64,000 bases of DNA, from assembly GCF_018977255.1 (NCBI RefSeq), contig NW_024704743.1:61568001-61632000 (forward strand), written 5' to 3'. This DNA comes from Callorhinchus milii (lineage: Eukaryota). This document shows positions 40,131 through 52,391 of the stretch, piece by piece. Every line of letters starts with the position of its first letter. The first letter of the stretch is position 1. A model generated the notes under the pieces. That model saw only the letters and a program-made list of their open reading frames with translations. It was not told where the DNA came from and did not search any database. Made by a program: the position numbers and the translations under genes.

Positions 40131-41004
40131 TGCACAAGGGACCTCCTGGTTTTCCATTGCAAAGTTATTTTTTAGGCAGGAGGCACTAGCCATGTTATGG
40201 TAAACTATGCCATATTCTCTGCGCAAAAAAATTCTGTTCATCTTTTTTGTTATGGTAATAACACTCATTTTATGCCTTCTTGTTATTGATTCTTTGGTGT
40301 AGGAGAGAATAGCCTCTCTCTATCTACCTTATCAAAACCTACCTCCAGGAATGACTATGGCTGGCCTGAATTACACTATGTGGGGTGGTGTAAGGACAGA
40401 TTTGTAGCAAGAGGAAACATTGCATTTGGTACAGTAAGATTGTTTGGGATAAATTTGCTCTCTGTTCCACATTTTACAGTGTAGATAAGCACTAGTTGAC
40501 AAGTTAGTGGAATCTGACAGACAGAGGCTGGAACGATGGTTAGTGTGGGAAATAGAGAAATTCAGACTGGTGTACAAGGGAATGCTCTCCTCACCATCAA
40601 TGGTAATGATCACCATCCAAGCTGTTAACAATAAATTAAACCAATAATTAAAGGGTGAGACAGCTCAATACCCACCAAATCACAAATCCCAGCTTTGAAC
40701 ACTGGAGGTATTAAGGTCTTTTTTAAGAACTAATTTTAACTACCACCTGTTCTCAGAATCAGCCCTTACTCTGATTGAATAAATGCCTGTTGGAAGAGAA
40801 TTGATCATTTTCACAACAGCGGCTTTACAATGCACTAATAACCTGGAAAGAGGAGGTAGTAGAATTTACCGGTTATAAAGAAATTGTCTGTCTGCTGCTC
40901 AATGTAGTACCTGTGGAGATTTAGGTTCAGTGGGTATGGTCTCTAGTCTAGGTCTGGAATCATGAGTTACATACTCAACCTGGAATTTATCACTGAAGAG
41001 GTTT

Positions 41005-41405
41005 TAATAATAATAATGAAAATAATAATAATCCTTGCATTTGATAGTGTGCCTGGTCACATTATTGAGATGTCTCAATCCATTTCATAGCATTTACTGT
41101 AAAGTGTAAAATACTGTGGGTATTTTGTAGCAGTCAATTTGCACACAGCAGTGTCGCACAAACAGCCACGGAGTAACCAATTGACTGTTGGCTAGGACCC
41201 CGGGAGAAACTCACTTTTCTTTTCAAATCATGTTATGGGTGTTTTAATGTCCTCCTGGACAGGCAGATGGGACCTTGTTTCAACATCTCACCTGAAAGAT
41301 GGCATCACTGGCAATGCAGCTTGCCCCTAGCATTTGAGTGTCAGCCTAGACTGTGAGATCAAAATCTCAGCATGAGGCTTGAACTCACAACTTTTTGACT
41401 CAGAG
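41005..41405 (-). mobile_element. DeuSINE
   Basis: Tail, Deu domain and partial head. Confidence 0.78.
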
Positions 41406-41551
41406 ATTTTGTTTTGGTCAGCGGGTGTCTGGCACAAGTGGAAACCCATTACCATGCTTAAGAGTATCCAAACCAAGTTGAGAATCCCATGAATCCCACC
41501 TACACATGGAAACCCCAGAGTTATATTGTTGGAATGGACCGCGCACTCTCT

Positions 41552-42552
41552 CAACAACAACAACTTGGATTTATATAGCGTCCTACACGCCGGACGCGTC
41601 TCAGAGCACTTTACAGTAACGGATCCCGGGACCGAGCCAGGGGAAGGGGGAGGAAGGTGACCAAAGTCGCGGTTGAAAAGAAAGGTCTTCAGCAGAGACC
41701 TGAAAATGGGAAGGGAAGGGAGTGAGGAAGGCAGTTCCAGAGCCTCGGGGCATAGTGGCTGAAGGCACGGCCGCCGAGGGTGGAGCGGAGGACTCGGGGG
41801 ATGAGGAGGAGGCCAGACCTGGAGGCAACGGGTACTGTTTTGAGGAGAGAGGAGGTCAGAAAGGTAGAGGGGTGCAGAGGAGTGCAGGGACTTGAATACA
41901 AGGGTGAGGATCTTGAAATTGATCCTCTCTGGGATAGGCAGCCAGTGCAGTCTGGCAAGGACTGGGGTGATCGGGGAGCGGAGTTTTGTGCGGGTGAGAA
42001 TGCAGGCGGCAGAGTTTTGAATGATTTGGATTTTATGGATGGTAGTGGATGGGAGACCGGTGAGGAGGGCGTTAGTGTAGTCCAGCCAAGAGGTGACAAA
42101 GGCATGGACCAGGGTTTCAGCGGCTTTTGGGGAGAAGTATTGGTGGAGACGGGCGATGTGTCGGAGGTGGAAGAAGGCGGTACTGATGAGGGACCGGATG
42201 TGGAGGAGGAAGGATAATTGGGGGTCGAACCTGATGCCTAGGTTGCGTATGGTTTCGTAGCGTTTTAGTGGGAGGTCGGGTAGGTGGAGGAGGTGAGAGC
42301 CGTGAGATTTTAGATGTTGACAAGAGCCAAAAAGTATGGCTTCCGTTTTGTCAACGTTCAGTTGAAGGAAGTTTGCGCTCATCCAGCCCCTGAGATCTGA
42401 CAGGCAGGCTGACAGAACATCAGGGGACTGGGGGTCGCAAAGAGAGGTGGAAAAATAGAGGTGGGTGTCATCTGCATACATGTGGGAAAGTACCCCATGT
42501 CTGCGGATGACATCCCCATGAGGGAGCATATAGATCAGAAAGAGGAGGGGGC
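41552..42552 (-). mobile_element. L2 LINE, 5'-truncated, RT from the YADD region to the 3' end
   Basis: HMYADDTHLYF, FDPQLSF and LHWLPIPERINFKIL; frameshift near the C-terminus; (CAA)n tail. Confidence 0.95.
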
Positions 42553-42830
42553 CTTAGGCAAGTTTCCTTACTCCACATGCCTCTGTTTACCTAGCAATAA
42601 TTTTGAGTCACCCAGTTGTTAGTCGATTAGCAGATCAGTAATAATTCCTTAAAAAAATTGGTCACTTAATCCACGACTGTTTGTGGGACACTGCTGTGCA
42701 CAATTGGCTGCCGCATTTTGCCCACAAAATATACAGTTAATTCACTTACAGTATATTCTGTGAAGCGCTTTAAGATGTCTTGAAGACATGATAAGGCTCT
42801 ATATCAAATGCAAGGATTATTTGTATTATG
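42553..42830 (+). mobile_element. tRNA-SINE family copy, 5'-truncated, followed by (GAT)n
   Basis: Body ggcaagtttccttactccac plus tail. Confidence 0.8.
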
Positions 42831-45800
42831 ATCATGATGATGATGATGATGATGGAAAAAAAACTAGCTTTGGGTCTGGCGTTTTTTTTACCACTAATGT
42901 TTTTCATCTATTTGCTGCTACAGTACACTTCCAGTTCGCACTTGTTTTGATCTCCAGAACATCAAGAGAGTGGCATATCACAAGCTGTCCTGTACAGGTC
43001 CTCCCACCATGCTGAAGGCAGATATCCATCAAATAGCTACTGAAGAAACTCTCAGGCTTTGGACGACAGCTGCAGAAAGGCATTAATTGGAGCCTAGGTT
43101 TGTGAACACATGTTCACATATTCAGAACTTGGTATACACCTTGATTGATATGCAGAGAGGTAAGCGGCTGCAGCTCAAGCTCTGAATCTCCAACTGGTAG
43201 AACCATTGGTCAATGGGAAGAGATGTGTGACTGAGCTAAGAACAGGAAAATGGTGGCTATGCTCTCAGGTATTTCATGCTGAGCTGTGTTGCTCACCAAG
43301 AAACTCGCAGGGAATTCCTGGTATTTGCCATTCACTTGGTGAGGGTTCAAACCTGCACTTGTCGGATGTTGAATGACTATTCGCTGTAAGGAAGAGGTAA
43401 GTGGGATCTTCTTGAAGCTGAACTGTCTCCAAGGTGACACTTATGGCAATTTAGGTCCCGTTAACCCGCAAATCAAAGCCCTAACAGATAGGGTAGTCCT
43501 GACTGGACAAGCAGCAGGAAAGCTTACCAGACAGTGCTTTCAATGGCAAGCTATAAGTTTTAACTGATTAATCTCCAGCAGTACCCCAATGCATACTCTC
43601 GGGACCCCAAAGCTTTGGTTCTTGCCAATCTGCGCCTAATATTTTAAGTGCTTTGAGATGACCTCCCAACACGAAAGGCACTACAGTATATTAATGTAAA
43701 TTGTACTTCAATACTCTCTGGAATTAGATAAGCAGAGTGCGCCCTTCCAGGGAGAGAGTGAGCATTCCATTCCAGGCACAGGAAAATGTCCTTGTGTAGG
43801 TGGCATACATATGTGGAACTCTCAGTCTGGTTGGATTCTTAAACACGGTAATGGGTTTCTGCATATGTCAGCGGTGGGCTGACCAAAATAAAATTTCCCC
43901 TGAAGTTCCCAAATTGCTTTAATTTACCACAGGGAATTTGGACCCCAGAGTGCTAGACTGGCGATGGGACCAGATAAGGGATAATTCAGAAAACTGCCTG
44001 AAGCAATAAATCTCCTCATTTCCCTTTAGTTCCTTAAAGCCTCCAATATTGATAGGGGGAAGTAGGCAACTCGCATTGAAAATAAGCAGTTAGTTCTTTG
44101 CTGTCTTTGCACGACTAGAAAATTATCTACTGTAGCTTCAGTTTCTTAGGTTTTATCAACAATTTGCACACTGTTTCCATAACAACAACAACAAGATTTC
44201 ATTTATAGAGGGCCTTTCACGTCGGGAGGACGTCCCAAGGCGCTGGACAAAGCCTTTTGTCCCTGCACTGAAATATCTGTGTTCATTTAATGGAATCTAC
44301 ACGGAATCTCCATTTCCCTGGCAGTCAATATACACATCCCGAATCCTGACAGATTGTCATAGCTGGGTTGGTACAAGTGTAACAAGTCAAGTGCACAAAG
44401 CCATCAAGAAAGGTAAAGTACAGCTAGGATCCATCAGAGACTTTGCTTTTAAGCCTGGGAGATACTGGATTAGTATCAGCAGTCTCAAACAGATGTAGAA
44501 CACTGGCCCTACACTACATCACCAAATCATTCAACTTTATCCTAATAAACAGGAACCCAAAATAGCATTACTTTCTTAAATATTATTTTATCTGCAATGT
44601 AATATATTTACTAATTCCCAATGCCTTTTAAAAAAATTTTTTTTTTTAAAAATGGTCTACTTTTCTGAGATCTGCATTTTCCTCATAAAAAAAACACTTA
44701 AGGCCTGAAATTCCATCAAATCTTAGCCTATAACACCAATTTGTCTTAAAATTTAAAACTCCTCAGAAATATGGAAATTTCTTATGTTCAGTTTTAATTG
44801 GGAAGCCGATTCTTTTCAAGAGCTGCAAAAAAACCATGCTTCCAAATTAAAGCTATTCTATGTGTATATGTTCTGTTGCATGAATTCATCATTATAATAT
44901 GAAAGGACTGTTCCAAACTTGCATAAAAATACTGGTTTATTGTTAAAAAAGGAACAAAAACACAATGATTGGAGTTTTAGCACTTTTAAAAGAAGGTCTT
45001 TTATCACTGCCGCTGTATTTTCAGATATGAAATTATACACATGGAGCATTCAGAGAGATCCAGCCCATTTGGGTTAGTGCTTAGGCAGACTATGTGGTGC
45101 TAAGAAAATTGACTTCCCACTGTATTTTAATTCTCATCCTCAGAAGCGTGATGACTGATGGGTTTATTAGGATCCCAGCAGAAGTTCTTCTTGCACCATG
45201 TGTTGAGCTCTGACCTTCATTAACACATATGGAAGCTAGCTGTGGTAAAAAACCCACTGAAAAACTTGGCACCCTCCTGCAGCCTTCAATGCAGGAATAC
45301 AGAGGCTGGTTTAACACAGTGATCCACAGTAACAAGGGCATGCAATCCTGAATTCTATCAGATGTCAAAACAATTACTTAACTCTGCTAATCCCAAGTGG
45401 TTAAACCTTTTCATTGACAGACATTTCTTCACTTCTGTTTATCTGTGCCGATCCACGAACCATCCATGGGTTCTGATCACTTGAGGGAAAATAAGTAACT
45501 GGATAATTTATATTCAAGAAGTCATTAAGACCATAAGACCATAAGTCGTAGGAGGAGCAGTAGGCCATTCGGCCCCTTGAGCCTGCCCCGCCATTTAGTA
45601 AGATCGTGGCTGATCTTCTAACCTAATTCCATTTACCCGCCCTATCCCCATCCCTTAATCCCTCTATCCTTTAGAATAAAGAACTATGTTAGAATTAAAC
45701 AACTATGTTAAATTTTTATGCAAAATTAAACAAGACATAATGAAACTTTTTCGTGATGTATGGAATGACAAGGTTACAATGATCTCTGCAATAATGCTTT

Positions 45801-47287
45801 CATTACACAGGTCTATGTTTGTTCAAATTGTGCATAAAACGCAACTTCTTTGGAGCAACTTTTCATTTTGTTATCAAAATATTATTGATCAGGTAAGTGG
45901 CTTGAATACTACATTGTGACATTGAACTCTCAGCAGAGAGAAAGAGTGTGAATCCTACGATTTACTGCCTCTCATACTCTGGTCTCACACAATCACTTTA
46001 CCAGGCTGTCTGGAGAAGATCTTTTTTTCCCCACAGCTTTCTGAATCCCAAACGTTTGAGAATTGGAGGAGGCCATTGACTCTGGGATGATGCCTGCTCC
46101 TTCACTGGAGCTAATTCCAATTCCCTGCTCTTTCCCAATAACCTTTTATATTTTTCTTCTTCACGTGGTTATCCATTTCCCTTCTCAATTATGTAATAGT
46201 TTCAGCTTCAATCTCTACTTAGGCAAAGCATTCCACGTTCTAATAGCCATTATTTGAAAATGTTAACCTCTGATTCGCCAATTGACAACATAAAGTTTAT
46301 ATTTCCAAATTGGTACCACATTCCAAGCAGTGGTAATAATGTTCAAGTAATTATTCCCTCAAAAGGTTTCAAAATTTTGCAGAGCTTTATCAGATCCTCA
46401 CCTTGTACCATTTGGTGGATTGATAAAGATAAATCTGTCCGGATTTCAGTGCTGGATCCACTCCAATAAAGGATGATAGTGTGAATGTGTAGGGAGCAGA
46501 GGCAATGGTAAATAAGAAGACTAACCTCAGTGAATAGCTCCAAAACCTAATATAACCTTTAGTTAACAGCTGAATTACATTGTTGATACAATGGCTGAAA
46601 GGATGTAAAATGATCTCAGGCCAGTTTACACACAACTATCTCAAGCTCCAGAGGCACTGCTTAGTGATCACATATATTTAAACTCCTCAACCAAGAATAA
46701 CCATTCATTTTGTGATTATATTAATAATCATTTCAGTTACTAAAACGATGTGTGGTTAATGCTCTCTGAAAGATAACCTTGCAACATGCTATTCAGAATA
46801 AGATGAATTTTATTCGTTACAATTAGTTATACTTTGAATGCATCTCCCACTCCTACAAAATTACATTAATGTGATGAGATTCTCTTAGATTGTCATTTTC
46901 TTAATAATGATAATTAAAAAGGGCCTTGTAGTCTGGATGAAACGATTGAGTGGGAGAGATTTGGCTCAGAGGCCTTTTCCTATGTAACACTGCCCTGAGG
47001 GATCAATAAACTAAAAACAAGGTATCTCACTGACAAGAAAAAAGAGAAAAGGATGCACAGTTCTGAAGAATATTGCCCCTTCTATCTGGAAACAAGGGGC
47101 AGTATTCTGGGGGTGTTAGACTTTGCTCATGAAGTGGAATTTGTATTCGTTGGGATCTAAAAATGTTGATTCATAACGGAATTCCAAATGTAAGTATTCT
47201 GGAAGTGCATCCCACTGATCTGTGGGAAATCTGCTCTGACTCAGTGTACTTTCAGAGTGGAGTTCCTGTAAGTTGATATAACGTACT

Positions 47288-47676
47288 TCCTTCAAAGCCC
47301 TCAATGGCCTTGATTCCCCCCTATCTCCTAATCCTCTATCATCCTGCCTGCTCCCTCCTTTCAGCGGGCTCCAGCCTGCTTCACGTTCCTCGCCTCACCC
47401 ACCCGACCATTGGCGAGCGAGCCTTCATCCACTCTGCCCCCACCCTCTGGAACTCCATCCCACAGTCCCTCCACCTCGCCCCATCCCTGGTCTCTTTCAA
47501 GACCCATCTGAAGACCCTCCTCTTCGACCATGCTTTCGATCACCCTGCTTCCCCCACTGCCCTCCACCCTCCTCGACCCCTAGATCGGGTCCGCACCACT
47601 GACTGTCCAGGACCTTGGGGCGTCCTCCCAACATGAAAGGCACTATACAAATGTAATTTTGTTGCTGTTGTTGTTG
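47288..47676 (+). mobile_element. L2 3' fragment
   Basis: RAFIHSAPTLWNSIP and FKTHLKTLLF; tail present. Confidence 0.9.
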
Positions 47677-48454
47677 GTCCTGTCACCAGAAGGAGTCCAA
47701 GTTCAGAATGTTTTAATTAGGAATCCTGTTTGAATGGCTGCATGTTAGACACCTTTGTAAACCTCCACAGTGAATTGGTTACATTTTCTGAGTGTTTTAG
47801 CCGAATTTCAAAGTGCAGGGCCCAAAAGCAAGTATTATTAAACAGCACAGTCATCACCTTCTGTGCCACAATCAAATGGCAAAATAACTGCAGAAGTCGG
47901 AAATATTAAGGATGTCTTTGGTGGTGGCTTTACTATGTTTCCTTTTTTGGAAAAGTAGGATTTCATTCCTTGCTTCCATATTTCTCTTCAGAGTGTCCAG
48001 AATCGAATCTTGTGACAGAATCCAGCAGCAACCACCTAACATCCATAAATCCTCAGCCTCCTCATTTCAAAGCAATTGTAGTGGGTGAGATTTTGATGTG
48101 CGGAATGTTATCTAAGAATAATGACGGGTATCCAAAAATAAGAGCCAAAAGTTTCATGTTCTGTCATTCTCTTCAAAGTAATGTTTTTTAATGCCATCAC
48201 AATAAGTGAAACTTTGGTGTATAATATAATAAATATTCCTTGCACGTAATATATAGTTTACAACGTCCAAACATTTGACAGGGAATTGCTTCAAGTGTAG
48301 TTGTAGGTTCTGTAGACGAATGCAGCAATGCCCTATAAACTGAATGATCAATTTATCTGGAGAATTGTTGCTCAGAACATTGGGTGAAACTCCTTGTTTT
48401 GTTTCAAATAGGTGTCTTTAAAGGTCCCCTGAATCGTCAAACATAACTTCTGGG

Positions 48455-48868
48455 CATGTTCACACTGGAGAAAAGAAAGTTGAGAGGTGATATGATTACT
48501 GTCTTTAAGATTTTGAAGGGAATAGATAATGTAGACTATGATAAGCTGTTTCATCTTGTACTGAACATTAGAACCAGAGGACACAGCCTACTACTGAAGG
48601 GAGGTAAATTCTGAATAAATCTGCGGAAACACTATTTAATTGAGCGAGTAGTAAACTTATGGAACAGGCCCCCTAGGGTGACTGTGGAAGCAAAAAATGT
48701 TGTTTGTTTCAAGAACAAATTAGATAGATGTCTGCTAGAAAATAATATCTCAGGATACAGTATATAGTTTGGGATACGACATGTGTGAAGCGACTGCCAG
48801 GATGGTGGAAGGCAAACTAGATGGACCTTGATCTTCTTTTGCTGAGCAAATTCATATGTTCTTATGTA
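48455..48868 (+). mobile_element. CR1 LINE 3' end
   Basis: LEKRKLRGDMITVFKILKGIDNV and ERVVNLWN; the 3' UTR resembles 8440-8530. Confidence 0.85.
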
Positions 48869-49887
48869 ACATTTTATCTGAAGGCCAGCACTTGAGACAG
48901 TGCAGCATACTCGAATATCGCGTAGTTAGTGAGTTCAGGGTCCTCACATAATCCACAACTTTCTGACCCAGAGGGGAGAGTGCTCCAACTGAGCCAGCCT
49001 GACATTAATGCCTACTTTCTGTGAGCAAACAGCTTCTTCACATGCGACAGCAGGCTGCTCGATGCCGTCATCCTTGGCAGCACGCCTTCCCCCTTCCCAG
49101 TACGTCGTCTCCTGCTTGTGCATCCTGCAGCTTAGTACTGCCGTCATCAGATGGCTGGCACTTCTGAGCGTTTCTGTTCTTCCTCATTGTTTAAAAGCCT
49201 ATCAAAGACTTGAGTAAGTTGCTCTTCATAAGCGTTTGCATCATGCTGACTGCAAGCTGGGACACACTCGTCTGCTTCTGCTGCTGCAAACCCCTTCTCG
49301 TGCCCCTTTACCTGTCCCCAATGCTGCCTGTGGCCATTGTTTTTCCAAGGCGTCATGGGATTTGAAACATCCACCTCAAGAGCCAGAGATTCTTCATTTA
49401 CCATTGCATCTGGTGGACAGCACCACCGAGAATGCAGGTTTTAAAGCCTGCAAACTCAGAATAGATCCCTCCAATATAATTCACTATCTATCTGCACGTA
49501 GCTCAGAAAAACAACAACAGCATTCATTGCTTTCCTTGAAAGAGAGAATATTTTCTCTCAGTAAGCCCACTGTTACCAAGCTCACCATTTTGCAGCTCAA
49601 CTGTTTTTACCTGTACAGTCGTCATATTACATATTTCTCCCAATATTAGTCCCTGAAACAGGCAGATAGATAATATGCCATATTCCAATCCCAGCTTCAC
49701 ATTGAATCTGTTGTAACATGCTGATGGGCGGTGGCAATGTCCCTCCCCTGAATACTTCAATTTTCAATCTGTGGCTAGTTTAGATATTCCATCTTTAAAG
49801 AGAGAGATCAGAGTTTTGGAGGTTTGGGCTCTTAGGGATGTCAGGAAAGATCCCATGGCATTATTTCAAAAGAGAAGGGAGCGCCTC

Positions 49888-51328
49888 TGTTGGGATTTCC
49901 GATCCCGAGGTTCAAATAATGACCCGACAATCCAATTAATGTGTAATAGAGATTTATTAATCAAAGTAACACACACAAAACTAGTAAAATAATACTGCCA
50001 CTACAAGTAACAGAACTTATACTACCAGTTTTGGAGCAGTCAATCAGTTGTGATGGTTTCAGCACACCTTCTCTCCGATGGTTTGGCTGCCCTTTTGTCT
50101 GGCTGGATCTGCTCTGTTTCCGACCTGGGTCGGTTCACCCCTCCTGAGCGTGACCTGGTGCCTCCGGGCTCCCCCCGAGATACCATATAGAGCTTAGCGC
50201 AGATGCCTGATCGGCACAGCCCGCTGCAGCCCAGAACTCCTGGCCTCAAGCGATCAACCAGCCTCAGCCTCTGAGCAGCCGGATAACAGGTGCGCACCAC
50301 CATGTGGGAATTTGTAGAACAGACTAAAGGAAAGGAATGTGACCATCGACAATGTCATTGTTCTGATTTACTGACAATGGCTCGTTGCACCCTCTGGAGG
50401 TCACTTTCCTTCCAGTGACTTCTTCTGGGACAACTTATACTTCATTTACCCTCCCACCCATAAAGCCGGTCTTCACATTCAATTTCAGCTCGACCGTCTT
50501 GGGGGGAGAATGGACAAGTACGACCCAATCAATCATCTACTTCACAACAGCGGCCAATACCTGCACAGAGGACAGGGTCTGCATTGGCAACCGCGCAGGT
50601 TTTGTACCGTCGGGTGTGGTAGAGCGTGCGGTGATGGGGTCGATAGATAAATACTGTGATAGTTGAAGAAGGAGAAGTGATAGTATTAAGAATGTCATTG
50701 TTCTGATTTATTTTATGTAACATTTACTTTATTCCAGTATTTCAGTAATGCTCAAAGCCAACGGGCAAGGATAGAGAGAACATCCACTGAAATAATATTT
50801 CAAATTTCTGTGACCATAGCTAGCGTAATAAATCATAGATAAAATGATTTCTCACTCTCAAGATGGGGACTCTTAGTATAAGAAAAGTTTAACAGAATAG
50901 ATGGCTCATATGCAGCGACCTATGATTAGGGCGCCTGACTAGAGACCACGGGAATGCAAGGTTATGAAAACATACTGATTGAGGAAGAACAGGGAGTACG
51001 AAGAACAGGGAGTACGAACAAGGAGCTAGATAAGGAGGAAAACTAGTCTCAGCAGGGCACACAGGCTAGTGGAAAAGTACCATCACGAGCAGATCACGGG
51101 TACACCAACTAGCTGGGTATAAATACAACAGACACACAAAGAAAAGTTGATTTCCACAGAGTAAGAACTACAGGTTGCTGAGCCGAGTGCTGGTCATCAG
51201 GCAAGACTGCTTATCTGGTAGTATATTTCTGTTACATTGTTGAATAAACTGTCTTGATTGTACAACTCTGTGTTCAGACCTTTATTGGTTAATGGGGAGA
51301 ATCCAATTACGGTAGAAAGAACCCAACA
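49888..51328. mobile_element. LTR-like insertion (probable solo LTR or non-autonomous LTR element), 1441 bp
   Basis: Ends TGTTGGG (49888-94) and CCCAACA (51322-28). CCTC duplicated at 49884-87 and 51329-32. It splits a DeuSINE that resumes on the far side. TATAAA at 51118 and AATAAA at 51243 on the + strand. Confidence 0.85.
50106..50301 (-). ncRNA. 7SL (SRP) RNA-derived sequence, truncated at both ends, inside the LTR-like element
   Basis: Reverse complement reads GGTGGTGCGCACCTGT...GAGGCTGAGGCTGGTTGATCGCTTGAGGCCAGGAGTTCTGGGCTGCAG...AGGAGGGGTGAACCGACCCAGGTCGGAAACAGAGCAG, collinear with vertebrate 7SL (about nt 10-210). Includes the helix 6 GGAG loop and helix 8 GGAA loop. Confidence 0.93.
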
Positions 51329-51699
51329 CCTCCTAGAGTCCTGGCCAACAATCCCCCAGATAAAATAGATCGTTCACTTTATGACTGTTTGTGGGGCATT
51401 GCTGTGCATAAATTGGCTATGGGTTCATCTCCAAATACTACATTTACAGTAAAATTCTGTGAGGCACTTTAAGACATCCCAACGACACGATATGGCATTA
51501 TATCAAATGTAAGGATTATTACTATTCAAAATATCCATTTAGTCAAATGAACGTTGTAGTTCATCGCTCAAAATAGCTTTACAAGCATAGAAAGACACAG
51601 ACTGAGGTGAATTGCCTAGGGCAATTGGTCCACTATTGTTTCGGGCTAGTGTGTACACTCATAATAATCCTTGTATTTTATAAAGTGCCTTATCTTTGA

Positions 51700-51950
51700 G
51701 ACGTGCCCTACGCTCCACCATCGGTAGCCATGTTGTGCCTTCAGCCAATAGGCCCCGAAACTCTGGAACTCTTTCCCTCAATCTCTCCACCTTGTCCCCT
51801 CCCTCCCCACCTTCAAATCCTGCCTAAAGACATTCCTTTTTGATCGTGGTTATGGTCACCTTCCCCCTCCCTCTCTCCCTGGCTCATTGTCAGACTCCGG
51901 CACTGTGAAGTGCTCCAGGACGCTACCTCACGTGAAAGGAACTATGTAAC
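51700..51950 (+). mobile_element. L2 3' fragment
   Basis: PKLWNS and CLKTFLFD motifs; tail present. Confidence 0.8.
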
Positions 51951-52391
51951 TATGTTGTACTTTGTGGGCGAAGCACAGGATACAGTTGTGCACATTTTAC
52001 CACTTTATTTTTGCACAAACAGCATCCTTTAGACTGAATGGGGAAGTGCTGATAGACCATCGAGATTGTAGGTTATCCTGCATCCACTGTGCCTACTGCA
52101 AACACAAATCGTTGCTAGATGAAATCAGTCAGAAACCAAAGAGCTGCCAGTGACAGCAGAGTGGCAGCAGAATGATGTCACCAACACGTTGCACAATGCT
52201 CATGGCCATCTCGATTTTCTGCAGAAATTATCTTGACAAACTCGTACAGAATTCATTACGAGATATTCTGAGCGGCAGGCGTTAAAACAGTGAGGAGAAT
52301 CACATAAGTGAACAGCACCAAGAAAACAAGCAAGTGCTGCAAATACTGTTTGTGATTTGTTAGCACAGTAAATACTTTCCAAACACCGCAG

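Larger units (their letters stand above)
49835..51525 (+). mobile_element. DeuSINE (5'-truncated) interrupted by the LTR-like element
   Basis: Deu-domain text aaagatcccatggcattatttcaaaagagaagggag lies before 49888; ctagagtcctggccaacaatcccc plus the 3' tail ending aggattatt lies after 51328. Confidence 0.8.

Noticed and set aside
41327..42529. 400-aa ORF
   Set aside because: It is a 5'-truncated L2 RT fragment. A frameshift lets it read through the 3' UTR into flanking DNA, so it is not a gene.
50200..50301. Primate Alu or human contamination
   Set aside because: The sequence continues into the 7SL S domain, which Alu lacks, and the helix 6 stem differs from human 7SL.
50040..50303. 87-aa minus-strand ORF
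   Set aside because: It is a chance translation of the 7SL-derived sequence.
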